Below, in pieces: positions 47,095 through 60,479 of a stretch of 64,000 bases of DNA. The translations under genes were made by a program, and so were the position numbers. This DNA comes from the human T2T-CHM13v2.0 reference genome, Homo sapiens, in the NCBI RefSeq assembly GCF_009914755.1, contig NC_060928.1; one strand, 5' to 3'. The notes beneath the pieces were generated by a model. That model saw nothing but the letters and a program-made list of their open reading frames with translations. It searched no databases and had not been told where the DNA came from. The first letter of the stretch is position 1, and each line of letters starts with the position of its first letter.

Positions 47095-48305
47095 GTATTC
47101 AAAAAATAAATGTTAAACAACTCTTCAACAAGCCAGTCACTTATTATTACTTTGCATACATTATCTCAACTAATCTTCATTACAGACTTATCTAGTAGTG
47201 ACTGGTATTGTGCATGAACTTACTATGTGAGGAATCTGAGTCTAGGAGAGTAAAGAAAACTTGTGCAATTGAATATATATGTAGTTATTGATTTTCTTTT
47301 AGAAAAATAAAATAAAATTTATGTATGACTTCAGGTGCATAAACTTTGACCTATTCCACAAACTATACTCCTTAATACAATTATTAGTTAATTATATAAT
47401 AACATTAGTTAAAGGTATATTATCATCCTCTATTCAGACATATATCTCCCTTTCCCCACTTCTAGCCCTTATTTCAATTAAAATCTGAATCCTATGGTCA
47501 TAGTCAATACTTGCTAAGATTTAATGCGAGTCTTCTAATTCACATTCAAGTGCATTTTCTGAGTTTCTTCGCTGAGAAATGGTTAGTATTCTAGGCTTAA
47601 TTTTGAATTTTATGGGTTTTTTTTTTACTCATTATCATGCAATTGAGACTCATCGATATTGACATCTGTTTGGATGGCTTCATGATATACTTCTTAAGAG
47701 TACCACAGTTTTACTCTCTAGATCTTCATGTTTAGACCTGTAGCGTAATTCCAAATTTTGCATTTGCAGACAGTGTTGCTGTGAACATGTTTCTCTATAA
47801 TTGCTACGTACCTCTGAATGGGGTTCATAAGCCCTTAGGAATATTGTATAGGCTGTAGACTGCAAATGAAATACCTGAAAATATATAAATCTTGTGTATG
47901 CTTCATATGAACTTGTCTGAGAAACGAGTACCATGCATTATCAAATTCTCACAAATGTGTGGATGCAAAATGTTTAAGTATCTAGAAAGCAAACAGTTAC
48001 AGCTCCTCAAAGTTTTCAATATTAGCAAATATTGGCAATTTTCCAGATTGGCTTTATTTATTTGCATTACTTCTAGAAAGGGTATGTATGCCTCCATAAA
48101 GTTAATATCCATATCATTTTTTGAAATCTGATTGAAGAAATTGTATCTTATTATTTTAATTTTCTCTTCTCTATTTACTTATAAGACTAAATATCCACAA
48201 GAGTATTTTTATTATGTACATACATCTTATTGAAAATTGATTATTTTATAGTAACTTTGCATAAATGGTCTCTCTGAATCTATGCCATTTGCACTTTACT
48301 TCCAT

Positions 48306-48725
48306 TGTGGGTGAAAAGCAGGTCCAAACAGTGAGTTAGATCACACATTGGCTAATTGAGTGAGAGTAGCAGTAGTGCTGACAGTTCTATGTCTAAATCT
48401 CAGGAAATCCATGTGTTTTGCTTGACTTTTATGCCTGCATCATCTTCTTTAGAAATATGCCCAGGCTGGCCTCCAGAGCTGAAAAAGGATAAAAGCTACA
48501 TGAAGCAGGGCTGCCCCAGTTAAGCGTCTTCATTTAGCCAAGCTAACCTTGAATGAGGCCTTCAGCCTACCTCTAGATGCATAAGCCAGATCATGCACAG
48601 AAACCTGAGTGTTCCCAGGTGAGACATGCAAACCCACAGCCTTGTGATTGCTGAGATATAGTAATTAATTATTTTCCTTAAGTTATAAGAAGTGAAGGTG
48701 GTTTGTCAGACAGCAATAAAGGTTA
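48306..48725 (+). mobile_element. Old MLT1 MaLR LTR
   Basis: gcccaggctggcctccagag...ggctgccccag...ggtttgtcagacagcaata. Confidence 0.5.
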
Positions 48726-49438
48726 TATAACATATAGCAATAAAAGTAATTTGTCCTAGAAAATTTTTTAAAATCCCTTTTAATAGTCTATGAAATTTTC
48801 ATTTGAATAATAACATGCTTTAACATTTACATATTACTTTTTCTTTTTCTTTTTTTCTTCATTTTTTTTTGCTTGAACAAAATGGAGTAGTTAATTTTTT
48901 ATCAAGTTTATAATATTAGATGTTATGATATAAACTGTATTTTAATTATATAAGTGTAAACAACTGATGCCATGGGATATCAACTGTCAAATTGTTATAA
49001 GTAATTAAGCAAAATTTTTAAACACACACACATGAAAATACACGAAGACCTAATTTCTGAAAACAGGCCAGGGAGTGAAGTAAAAGTTATTTTAACCCTT
49101 AAGGATTTTCACGCAGTGAATGAGAACACTGTTTTTTTTTTTTTTTATCTACATTGTAGTGACATAATATTAATATGCACAGAATTTTAAAATTAAAAGA
49201 AAATAATTTTAAAGGAAATACACTATTTAGTAAATCTCTATGATTTCATCTGTACAAGAGATAATAATTTGTCTTTTTTCTTTTCCTTTAACTGTATTAT
49301 TTCCAATTTATTTTTCCATGAACTCTCAATATTTTAAAATAATCAACATAATAATAATTTAGTAGTTAATGACTACATTCAATCAATAAAATGTTTATAC
49401 AGCCAATTATCTTTGGCACATGTGAAAAAAATAATATT

Positions 49439-49750
49439 AGCCAGTCCTGGTCACTCACACCTGTAATCCCAGGGTTTTGGGAGGCTAAGACCAGAGGATG
49501 ACTTGAGACTAGGAGTTGAGACCAGCCTGAGCAACATAGCAAGAGCCTATCTCCACAAAAGAAAATTTAAAATTTGCCCGGCATGGTGGTGCATGCCTTT
49601 CTTTCTAGCTACTTACTACTTGGGAGGCTGAGGTAGGAGGATAGCTTTAGCTCAGGAGTTTGAGGCTGCAATGAGCTGTGACAGTTACTGCACTGTACTC
49701 CACCCTGAGCAACAGACAGAGGCCTTATCTCTAAATATATATATATATAC
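49439..49750 (+). mobile_element. AluJ with (TA)n tail
   Basis: gaggatgacttgagactaggagttgagaccagcctgagcaacatagc; ggagtttgaggctgcaatgagc. Confidence 0.88.
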
Positions 49751-50572
49751 ACAGAAATTTCTATATAAATATAGAAATTTTTCAAGTATATTTCAAAATA
49801 TTTTTAAAATATTGAAAGTATTGAAATACTTTCAGTAGTAAAACTCTGTCCCTTAAACTGCATCACAGTCACAGCATTTAACAGAAATATATTTAAAATA
49901 ATAATGTCTTAATACCCCATAGTATAGAACTAGACATTTTTAACATGTGACTTTGTGTGTGAATATCAGTGTGTTTGTTTTCTCAGTTAATTCCATATAT
50001 TATACAAACATATATTAAGAATTAAAATGAAAAGTAAAAAGTAAAAACAGACATTACATACTTATCCCTCATACTTTTCAGGGTTTTTAAAAATAGTTTT
50101 TATATCCTAGGTCTGCCCTTTCATTATTCTAACACATTCACATTGCTCATGTCATAATTAGAATAAAATGACATAAACATGTTAAAGTTTATGTAATAGC
50201 TAACAATGTTCATTAATTTTGTCAGTATTTTTTATGCAATCATTATTAATTGTGTTAATTGAGCACTGGAATTCTATTATTTACTACTTATGATTGTTTT
50301 ATAGTGGCTGTCAGTGATCATAGGATATAATTAAGATTTACCTGGATTGATTTAGAAACCATGAATTCTAAAAGTCACACATGACACTAAAATACAAAAA
50401 TATGTAACCGGTTTAAAAGTAGCTGAAAAGTAATTATTTAAATCTATATGGCAAATGTGTTGTATTTATCTTCTCCTTTCAGTAATCAAATAATTCCTTT
50501 AGCAATCACAGATCAACTAAAATATCATTAAAATAGCAAATGACCAAAGGTTACAAAATGTGATTGAAAGCT

Positions 50573-50926
50573 GGTGTGGTTTGTCTTCGTGTCCCCACCC
50601 GAATTTCATCCGAAATTGTAATACCCATGTGTGGAGGAAGGGAACTGGTGGGAGGTGATTGGAACAGGTGACAATTTCTTCCATGGTGTTCTCCTGATAA
50701 TGAGGGAGTTCTCGGGAGATCTGATGGTTTAAAAGTGGCAGTTTCCCCTATGTTTTCTCTCTCTTGCCCATAGCCTTGTAAGATGTGCCTTGCTTCCCCT
50801 TCACCTTCCACCATGATTGTAAGTTTCCTAAAGCCTCCCCAGCCATGCATAACTGTGAGTCAATTAAACCTCTTCTCTTTATAAATTAGTATCTCTATAG
50901 CAGTGTGAGAGCAGACTAATAACACA
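50573..50926 (+). mobile_element. MSTA-like MaLR solo LTR
   Basis: tggtgtggtttgtcttcgtgtccccacccgaatttcatc...gagtcaattaaacctctt...agactaat. Confidence 0.85.
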
Positions 50927-51545
50927 AAAACCTAGATATTTTGCAAATTGCATAGTGTTGTATTTACTGGTTGAGAATTGACCATTCAACAGGTTAGTGT
51001 TGCTCTCTTACGTTCCTTGTGAGAAAGCAACTGATATAAGATAATAGCTTTTTCACCCCATTCCTGTGGCTTTCCTAACACATTCACACTTAACTCTGCA
51101 AACTCTTCCTTTCCAAGCCTGCGGTTACTCTTTCTTCCCTGCTTTGCAAATCCTCACCCTCAGCATGTCACAATCTCCTAGACATCTACAAACAAATGCA
51201 ATCTCTTCTTCTGAGGATGGATTGTTAAAAGAAAACACCCAAAATGAGGCTATGTAGATAGACATTAACAGGATTTTGTTCTTCACCTTTCCACTAGGCC
51301 CATGATAACAAATACACCATTATGTCTGCAAAGCCCCACATTCACTTAGAGATAAATAACAACTTTATTCATTTGAGTATTTAAAACCAACTCATTAACA
51401 TCATAAAGACATTTACTTATGTTAATCATACATTCATTCAATAAACACCTTATTTACTCTCTGCTCTAAATAAGCCATAGTGATTCATTTTTTTCTTTTT
51501 TTGTGTCTGATATTTATTTAGTAGATAAAGGTATTCAAACTTTAT

Positions 51546-51698
51546 AGCCTGGGCATGGTGACTCACACCTGCAATCCTAGCACTTTAGGAGGACAAGCCA
51601 GGAGGATGTCTTGAGCCCAGAAGTTTGAGACAAGCCTGGGCAATCAAATGAGACCCTGTCTCTTTTTATTAAACAAATAAATAAATAAAAATAAATAA
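51546..51698 (+). mobile_element. FLAM Alu monomer
   Basis: Left monomer only (ggaggatgtcttgagcccagaagtttgagacaagcctgggc) with an AAAT tail. Confidence 0.8.
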
Positions 51699-51909
51699 CT
51701 TTGTAGAAACTGTACTGTAGATGCACCATACTTTTGAAACAAAATAAATTTTGCACTATAAAATGTTAATTTAATTTAATAAGAATGTTTGCTTTCTTGG
51801 GAATTAAGTATTGTCAAATGTGGTAGTTACCTGTATAAAGATTACAGTCAAGCTACTGAAAGGCAACATTTTATTCATTCTATCCACATTATTTCTAAAA
51901 TTATTCTGT

Positions 51910-52192
51910 AATTACAAGTATTTTTAGTACAAAAAAAAAGAATAAATGAAACCTACTATTTGCTAGCACAACAACGTGACCACAGTGAAAAACAAATTAA
52001 TTGTACCTTTTAAAATAACGGAAAGTGTTTAATTGGATTGTTTGTAACACAAAGGATAAGTGATTGAGGTGATGGATACCACATTTACCCTGATGTGATT
52101 ATTACACATTGGATACCTGTATCGAAATATCTCGTGTAACTCATAATTATATACACTTACTGTGTACCTATAAAAATCAGAAATAAAAATTA
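51910..52192 (+). mobile_element. L1MA (MA2-like) 3' end
   Basis: ctatttgctagcacaaca...gaggtgatggatacc...tgatgtgattattacacatt; TSD-like ttctaaaattattct/ttcaaaaattattct. Confidence 0.8.
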
Positions 52193-52452
52193 CTTCAAAA
52201 ATTATTCTTTATATACACTTCATTGTTTTGTATTAACGTTTCTAAAAGTACAATGTACATTTTCAGTAAGTATATTATTTTTCAACTAAGGTTAAATATA
52301 ATAAGTAAAAGGTTGTCTGATGATATAATAAAGGTTTTATTTAAAATGAATATTTTAGCAATCATTTGAAGAGCATTTTATTAAAATATACAAACAAATA
52401 TTTTAAGAACAGAAAATGTCCTGGTAAAAAGTTATCATAGAAAATATTGTCT

Positions 52453-52831
<379 letters not shown>

Positions 52832-53889
52832 TCATGTGGATCATTCTCTTATGAAGTGATTGTTTTAAAAATTAATAATTTTGTTAGCTAATGTATCATG
52901 TTTCATTTATCACTTAAAGAGAGTGTGTTATGTAAAAACACTTTATTAAGTATATTTATGAGTAATTTAAAGATACATAAATCATGGGTCCTTAAACTAT
53001 AAAATGTTCAAAGAGTGCTAATCATGATAAAATATCAAATAATGTTACATCATGGGTTAGCAAAAGAGTTTTTTATTATCTTTAGAATTTGTTCATAGTG
53101 AATAAGATTTGTCTTCTGATATGAGATATTGAATATCTTTCAAAAATCTACTATTCCAATTAAGTGTAATTCCACCAAAACACACAAGGTATTTGAATTG
53201 AAAATCTTTGCCTGCATGCCACATACCAGTCTTTCAGAATTTCATGATGTTGATTACTACCTAAAATAAAAGAAAGTAATTTAAATATCTATTTTTGTTA
53301 TCTGAGGACAGATTAAAGGTCTTCACAAAAATTATACAGTGTCTTTAACATAAATTCAAGTAATACACACTTCCTAAAATTCTAATTTCAAAATGACACT
53401 AAGCTGTGATTTCATGATACAAAAAAAGTCTTTTGTTCACATAATCACTTAATTTTTAAAAAGGTTGAATATTGAAATGAAGAGCTAAAAATTTTCATTT
53501 GGAATCCTTTTGAAATACTTTAAAATCTACAAGTGAAAAACTTGGACCAGTTAATGCTATTACAAATATTTAAAGATTACATTAAATAAGATGTGAAAAA
53601 TAGTATTTAATGCATGTATTCAATCAAATAAATGTATATTTTTGATACATTAGAGCAACTGCTATAATATAAAAATTCTTTAATAAGAGTGATAATAGTG
53701 ATAAATAAATCCAAATTATTTCCCATGTATTTGAAGATGATCTTTTATGGAGAAGCTGTCACACAATCAATTATCATATGTCAAAGTTAGTTAATCTTCA
53801 AATATAAAAAGGAATATACATACCATTACAAAATAACTAAGGTAATCATTTATGAAAATTTTCCAGTTTGCAAATTGGGGTCATTTCTG

Positions 53890-54192
53890 AGGCTATTCTC
53901 ACTAATGTAGCCACTAGCCATCTGTGAATACTGAACACTTGAAAAGTGGCTAGTCTAAATTGATATATGCTTTAAGCATAAAATATACACAGGATTTTCA
54001 ATACTTGTATGAAAGAGTTAAAATATATTATCAATAATGTTTTATTGACTAGGTGTTGAAATGGTATGCTTTTAGAAATATTGGTTAAATGAAATATTTT
54101 ATCAAATATATATTATCAAAATATAATTTACTTTTCTTAATGTGGCTTCTAAAAATGTTAATACCCACAATATATTCTACTGGATATTGCTG
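53890..54192 (+). mobile_element. MER33-like hAT-Charlie fossil
   Basis: gtagccactagccatctgtg...gaacacttgaaaagtggctagt...aatgtggcttctaaaa...ctactggatattgctg. Confidence 0.7.
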
Positions 54193-54691
54193 TTTTGATG
54201 ATTATTTATTGATCAGTTTATTTAAAATCTTGGGGAAATTTTATCTCAATATATGCCTCAAGTATGTTATAGGATAAAGGCAAGTAATCCTTACTGACAA
54301 AAAGGAAAGGCTCAACTTCAAACAATATAATGATTATAGGTTATTCACTAGGAAAAGTCAGCCCATTATGTGGATTCATAAAATGAGAGAAATAAGATTG
54401 TCATATAATTGTTGCATGAAATAAGTAATCATGGATGTGAGACCAAATGTGCAAAGTCACCTCAAAAAGACCAAATGATTACCAGGACAGTGGAATTGCT
54501 TGTAACCTTTATAAGTAATGAAAATGCTAAAGAAAGACGAGGTCAGTAGGAAGAGTTGGGGGTGAAAATTTAAAAAAAAATAAAGAGCAAAGAAACGTAA
54601 ATGCAAATATCAGTAATGCTCATCTAAACATCATGGATGAGAATGTGGTAGCTGTAATATCTAGTTTATTGAACAGAGGTGATGGTTCTGA

Positions 54692-55066
<375 letters not shown>

Positions 55067-57582
55067 TAGTTTACCTGAATGCTGCTAAATATGAGACTCT
55101 GATAAATGGGAATGCCTGATTTGAAGTCTGATAAACAGGACGAGAATGTGAGATGAGTCTGGGAGGTCACTGGATGTTACCAAGCAGCCTCCTTCAACTA
55201 TGGGCTGAATTTACCTCTTACTTAATATTGTTGAAATACATGGAGTTATTAGATGGATATTTGAACAGTATTCACATTAATATATTTTGTGATAGTTGAT
55301 GCTATGGATACAAGTATATGCGTTTGCAGATGCATGTGTGTGTGAGAGAGAGAGGAGAGGGACAAACAACACATTTTACTGTACTACTGTAATCAAAGCC
55401 ATGGAAGAACCATACAATGACTGTGACCTCTGGAAGGGGCAGAATTATGGCTTGTGTTTCACATATACTCATTAGATGCAGATATATATTTTTGAGACAC
55501 AAATATGTCGACAAGAAATCATGGCTGTTGTTAATGCTTATCTAATTTATAATCATTTGCACATCTTGCCTAATGCTAAACAAATTTATCTTGGCCTCTT
55601 TATGTTATCCCTAGAGCCCAAATCTAAAGAGGAGATGATAAATGAAAGTTGATAAAATCTATCTTTGATAAAATATTAGGAATAAAATATTCGTTATTTT
55701 CAGAACTATGATATAGTAGTAAACTATATTTCTCTTCATACTTACTACTCATCAGTTTAATCATGATATTTTCAACTGTTTTCTAGAACCTCATATATCA
55801 GCCTGTGAAACATTCATAGTTACTGAAACTTTCTTGCTAGAAATTTTATGTCTTGGAAGATTGCTGCAAGAGGGACACAGTGTCTGAACAGTAGTAAAAT
55901 TGTAGCTACCTTGAGGAGTATCTGCTTAGAAGAGGAAAGCTAAGCAGTAATAGATTAGAAGTGAGAGATCCTAGAGAGATAAACACCATAACCAAAAAGG
56001 AACATAGAAATAATGACCTTGAAGTGTCTCATTTTATGAGAAAAGGTCTAGGAAAAATCATCACTATATGCTCCATTATCTCATTATAATACATTCATCA
56101 GACTCTCAGTTTTTGAACAATTGAGAAGGATATTGTCTCAAGATGCTTATTCTAGCTGTGCCATGTTGCATTTGAGATCATGTTTTCAACCCTTTTGAGC
56201 ATATTCTTGAATTCCCTATTTCCAGTTACTATCAAATGTAAATGAAATATTGAGGAAATGCCATTTTCAAAGATAGCATGACAATATTATAGCCCCCTGT
56301 ATTTCTCCTCTGTTATATCTCCCCCATGTTGAATTATTAATTTAATATACAGCTTCTAAGACAAACATGTAAACTCCATGAGGGCAGGAAAATATTTGGT
56401 CTTACTTCCGAGTTCTTATAGTGACTGGCAGAGCTATTGCTCAAAAATTGGGCAATACTTACTTGATAATTTAAGAAAGGCCTCGCAGAAAGTGTGAAGA
56501 TGTGAAGGCTGTATTTTTAATGCAACTGCAAGGCAATTCACTCTGCTCATGTAGCACATTATCAATGAAACCTATCCTGATATTTCAACCGGAAGTAATC
56601 TTCTTTTGAAAACTCTCACCATCTTTTGCATATACTTCTTTTAGTGAACATCATTCTCCCTTGCATTTTCAATGGTTACAAACATATTTTCTTTCAGGTA
56701 TTGCAATCTCAATGCCCACAGAGAATAAAAAACTGATATAAATAATAAAGCCAGCTTTGGTTAGTGATTGTCACAGTGTCAAACTGGAAAGTTATCTAAG
56801 GAAAACAGGTAATACTCAAGTCCAGCTAAGGGACCTTGTTTGAGAACTCACATTTGGCACCGTCAGAACAATTCTGTTTCATCTCATCTAACATATCAAA
56901 GTTCCCAAAGTCATTACTTATATTTTACTTTAAAAAATTGTATCTATAGAGTATCAGAATAACTATTGCATATAGTTGGCATTACATTGGTTTTTAAAAA
57001 TTAGTTACAGCATGTAGTATAAATACTGTTACAGTCTTTAAAAGAATAAAATTAGTCAAAATGAAATGAATATTACTTATTGGTTCCATTTATTACTTCT
57101 TATTTATGCAGGGCATTAGGCTAGAGTCACCATGAGTTAAAATGTCCTACTTCCCTAAGAGTATTAGAGGAATGTTTGCCATAATGCACATTCCAGTTCT
57201 GAAAATTGATTAAAGATGCACTCCTATTTTATCTTGAAATGCTGTAGCATAGAATTCAGATAGCACATGAGAATTTTACCAGGCCTATTAAATCAGTAAA
57301 TCAGTTCAAATACTACAACCTAACAACACGTGGGACAGTTGTTTGAATTCTAGAGCTCATTAAAAAAATTGTGGATGGGCTACTTAAAAGCATGTATGAT
57401 TTCTTATTCATTCTTGCATATTCTAATGCTAAACACTGTGCTTTTAACTTTTTGGTATTCTAAAAAATATCTAATGAATTAACAAATAAAATAATAGTTG
57501 AAAATTAAAAACAGCTTTTCTGAAAGTGAACCATATTTAATTTACTAAAAATTGCCTTAAGCAAACATAAGTTTCTGGGGTA

Positions 57583-57910
57583 CAGGCATCCCTAGGAAAT
57601 ACTGCAGGTTCAGTTCCAGGCCTCTGCAATAAAATTATCATGATGAAGTGAGTAAAACAAATTTTTTGGTTTCCCAGTGCATGTAACAGTTATATAAGTG
57701 TACAATATAATTATGCCTTAAAAACAAGGTACATATCTAAATTAAAAATAATTTATTGCTAAAAATGCTTATAGAGACAGGGAGCGAGCACATGTTGGGA
57801 AAATGGCGCTACAGACTTCTTTCATGCAGGGTTGTCACAAATTTTCAATTTGTGAAAAAACAGGCTCTGTGAAGAGGAACAAAATGAAACAATAAAATGA
57901 GGTGTGCTTG
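57583..57910 (-). mobile_element. Internally deleted Tigger1 (TcMar) with both termini
   Basis: TA|caggcatccc...ggttcagttccagg and ...aataaaatgaggtgtgcttg|TA. Confidence 0.8.
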
Positions 57911-58257
57911 TATTAGCAAATAAATCCATATAAGTAATACTGAGCATCTTTCTTTTAGAAATGCTAGGCTGAAGGCTTCAGATAAGAAAGTTTGGGGTAA
58001 TTTCATTTTTTCTAATCTGACCTCCAAGCTAATCTCTTGTTGCCCTGATTCCATATCTGACTTATCCAACATGGCATTTGCCAGACCCCTTCTTAAACCT
58101 GAGAGTATTTCAATTTAATATACATTTTTTTAAAATCTCAGTATTTAATGTACAGATATTTAATTCTAACAATAAAATTACATTATTATATATCATATAT
58201 TTCTTTTTGTGCTTTGTTATGAGATAATCAATTTATATATCTATACAGCTTAATAAG

Positions 58258-58485
58258 CTCACCAAGGGAGGATCGCTTGACTCTAAGAGTTCAAGAGCAG
58301 CCAGGGCAACACGGAGAAACCTCGTCTGTACAGAAATTTAGCCAGGCATGGTGGCAGGCACCTGTAGTCCCAGCTACTTAGGAAGCTGAGGTGGGAGAAT
58401 CACCTGTGCCCATGAAGTTGGGACTGCAGTGAGTAGTGACTGGGCCACTGCACTCCAGCCTGGGCAACAGAGTGAGAGCCTACCT

Positions 58486-58529
<44 letters not shown>

Positions 58530-58560
58530 GAAAGAAAAGAAAAGAAAAAAGAAAAAGACA
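58258..58560 (+). mobile_element. 5'-truncated AluJ with A30 plus (GAAA)n tail
   Basis: ggaggatcgcttgactctaagagttcaagagcagccagggcaacac; right arm; poly(A) at 58487-58516. Confidence 0.88.
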
Positions 58561-58579
58561 AAAGGAAACTTGTTGCCAG

Positions 58580-59010
58580 GATGTTCTGAGATGGCATGGC
58601 TTCAGGTACAGCAGGATTCAGGTGCTTAAACATGTCATCAGGAACCCATCTCCCTCCCTCCTTCAGCTGTTTTCCTTGGCTTTGGTTTTGTTTTCTGGCA
58701 ATCTCACACCTACTGTTGAACATGGTGACTATCGCTCACAGCTTCTTCACATAGGCTCTTTGCGAAAAATTTATTGTAATGTATGCACGCTGCTTCCTGT
58801 AAGGCTGTTGCAGGAATAAAGTCACCATTAAAACCACTTGGCTCTTAGTCCTGCATATGATACTCCTACTACTGATTCCTAGTTCCTGAAATGGAACCAG
58901 TTTCCAGCCTCTCTTGATACCTAACCGTGGGAAACAGGTGACACTTGCCAAAGTCCTGTGTCCCCTTGGATGAGAGAAAAAAAGTCATTGACTGTTTGCC
59001 CCACAAACTT
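58580..59010 (-). mobile_element. Old MLT1 (K/L-like) LTR fragment
   Basis: ggcttcaggtacagcaggattcaggtgcttaaacatgtcatcagg. Confidence 0.5.
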
Positions 59011-59112
59011 ATCATCTAAACTTTATAGCTCCCTTTTAAAAGATGCCTGAGGCTAAAGTGAGGATAACTTGAGCCCAGAAACAACATAGCAAGACCTCAT
59101 TTCTCTAAAAAA

Positions 59113-59248
59113 TCTATATCTTTATATACACATACATATTATTTATATATATATCTGTATACATATACATGTGAGAATTAAAATTTATGTGTATATATTT
59201 ATATAATATATATGTGTATATACATATGCATATGCATACACATACACA
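59113..59248. repeat. Degenerate (TA)/(CA)/(TG) low-complexity repeat
   Basis: Alternating purine-pyrimidine tract. Confidence 0.8.
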
Positions 59249-60479
59249 CTTAAGGTTATACATAATACCGTTAATTGACAATTCTTCTGCATTTATAAAT
59301 CATTAATAAAATAATTAAAGACACTTTATTTTTCAGTTGAGCATAACACATACACACAACTACTTTTTTAAAACATCCTAAAACCAAATGAAATTAGAGA
59401 CAATTATTCTGACAAAGAAAAAAATCTTGAAAGCCAGTATTTTTGGAACATTTGGTGATTTCTGGGGACAGTGGGAGAGAATGTTTACAATTGAGACTGT
59501 GATAGGAGAATAGATTGTAAATTTGCCATATAAATCATGTGGAAACGTTTGCCTATTTAGTCCATACAATTTGTAATATAATGTATACTGCTTGTAAATA
59601 AACATACTCCTTTTCAAAACCTTTAAAGTATAAGTTCCTTATGCCTCTTATTTTGACATGGATTGTCACTTGAAAATAGAAAATTAAATACTTTCTTGAA
59701 GAATCAACAAATCTTGATACTTATTTAACTACCTCATTATTTTACATTTCAGAAAAGAGAATTCATCTGAATTTCACTGTGCCTAATTTAGTTAGTCCAA
59801 CACTAGTTCTCAGTATACAGTTTACAATGTGTCTTCTTTATTTTACTATCTATTTTAGTCCTCTTGCCAGATGAAAAGGAAAAAGAAATCTGCATTTATT
59901 GTGATTTTAAGTTCTACCTTCTCCTTTGCTTTTTACTCATCTTATTCTGATATGATGTGTAAGTTTGTTTCTTTTCACCCCCTTTTCTGTTTTCCTAAAC
60001 TATACAGTGAAAAATTTACCCTTAACAAAACACCAATTTACAGGGTAAATATGCTATAACAAATCATCATTGCTTTATCTCATTAAGGGGAAGAAACTAT
60101 ATGCTGATGAAAGCTAGCCAAAAGGAATTAACATCTGCTTTATTTATCATAGGTAAGATTTTAAAAAGATTGTTCAGCCAAGTAGTCCTAGAAAAACTGT
60201 TATTGTCTTCTGTTCAATAATTTATAATCCTACTTTTCATCAGACCTTGTACTCTTCTTTTACAAAAGGTTAAGGATCATAATTTTATCCACATTTACTT
60301 TCAGTTATATAAACTAGTATGAAGATAGAACATTTTCACTCTGTCCTATATAACCAGTTTATTTGCGAAAATTACTTGTCTCCTATAGCGGATCCCATTC
60401 AAACAATTCACCTCTTGCCTTGCAGTAGCAAAGAATAAACACTTTAAAAAATAAAGGTGTACAATTTTTATTAAATTTT

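Noticed and set aside
58400-58819. Lys-rich and Phe-rich ORFs
   Set aside because: Translation of an Alu poly(A)/GAAA tail.
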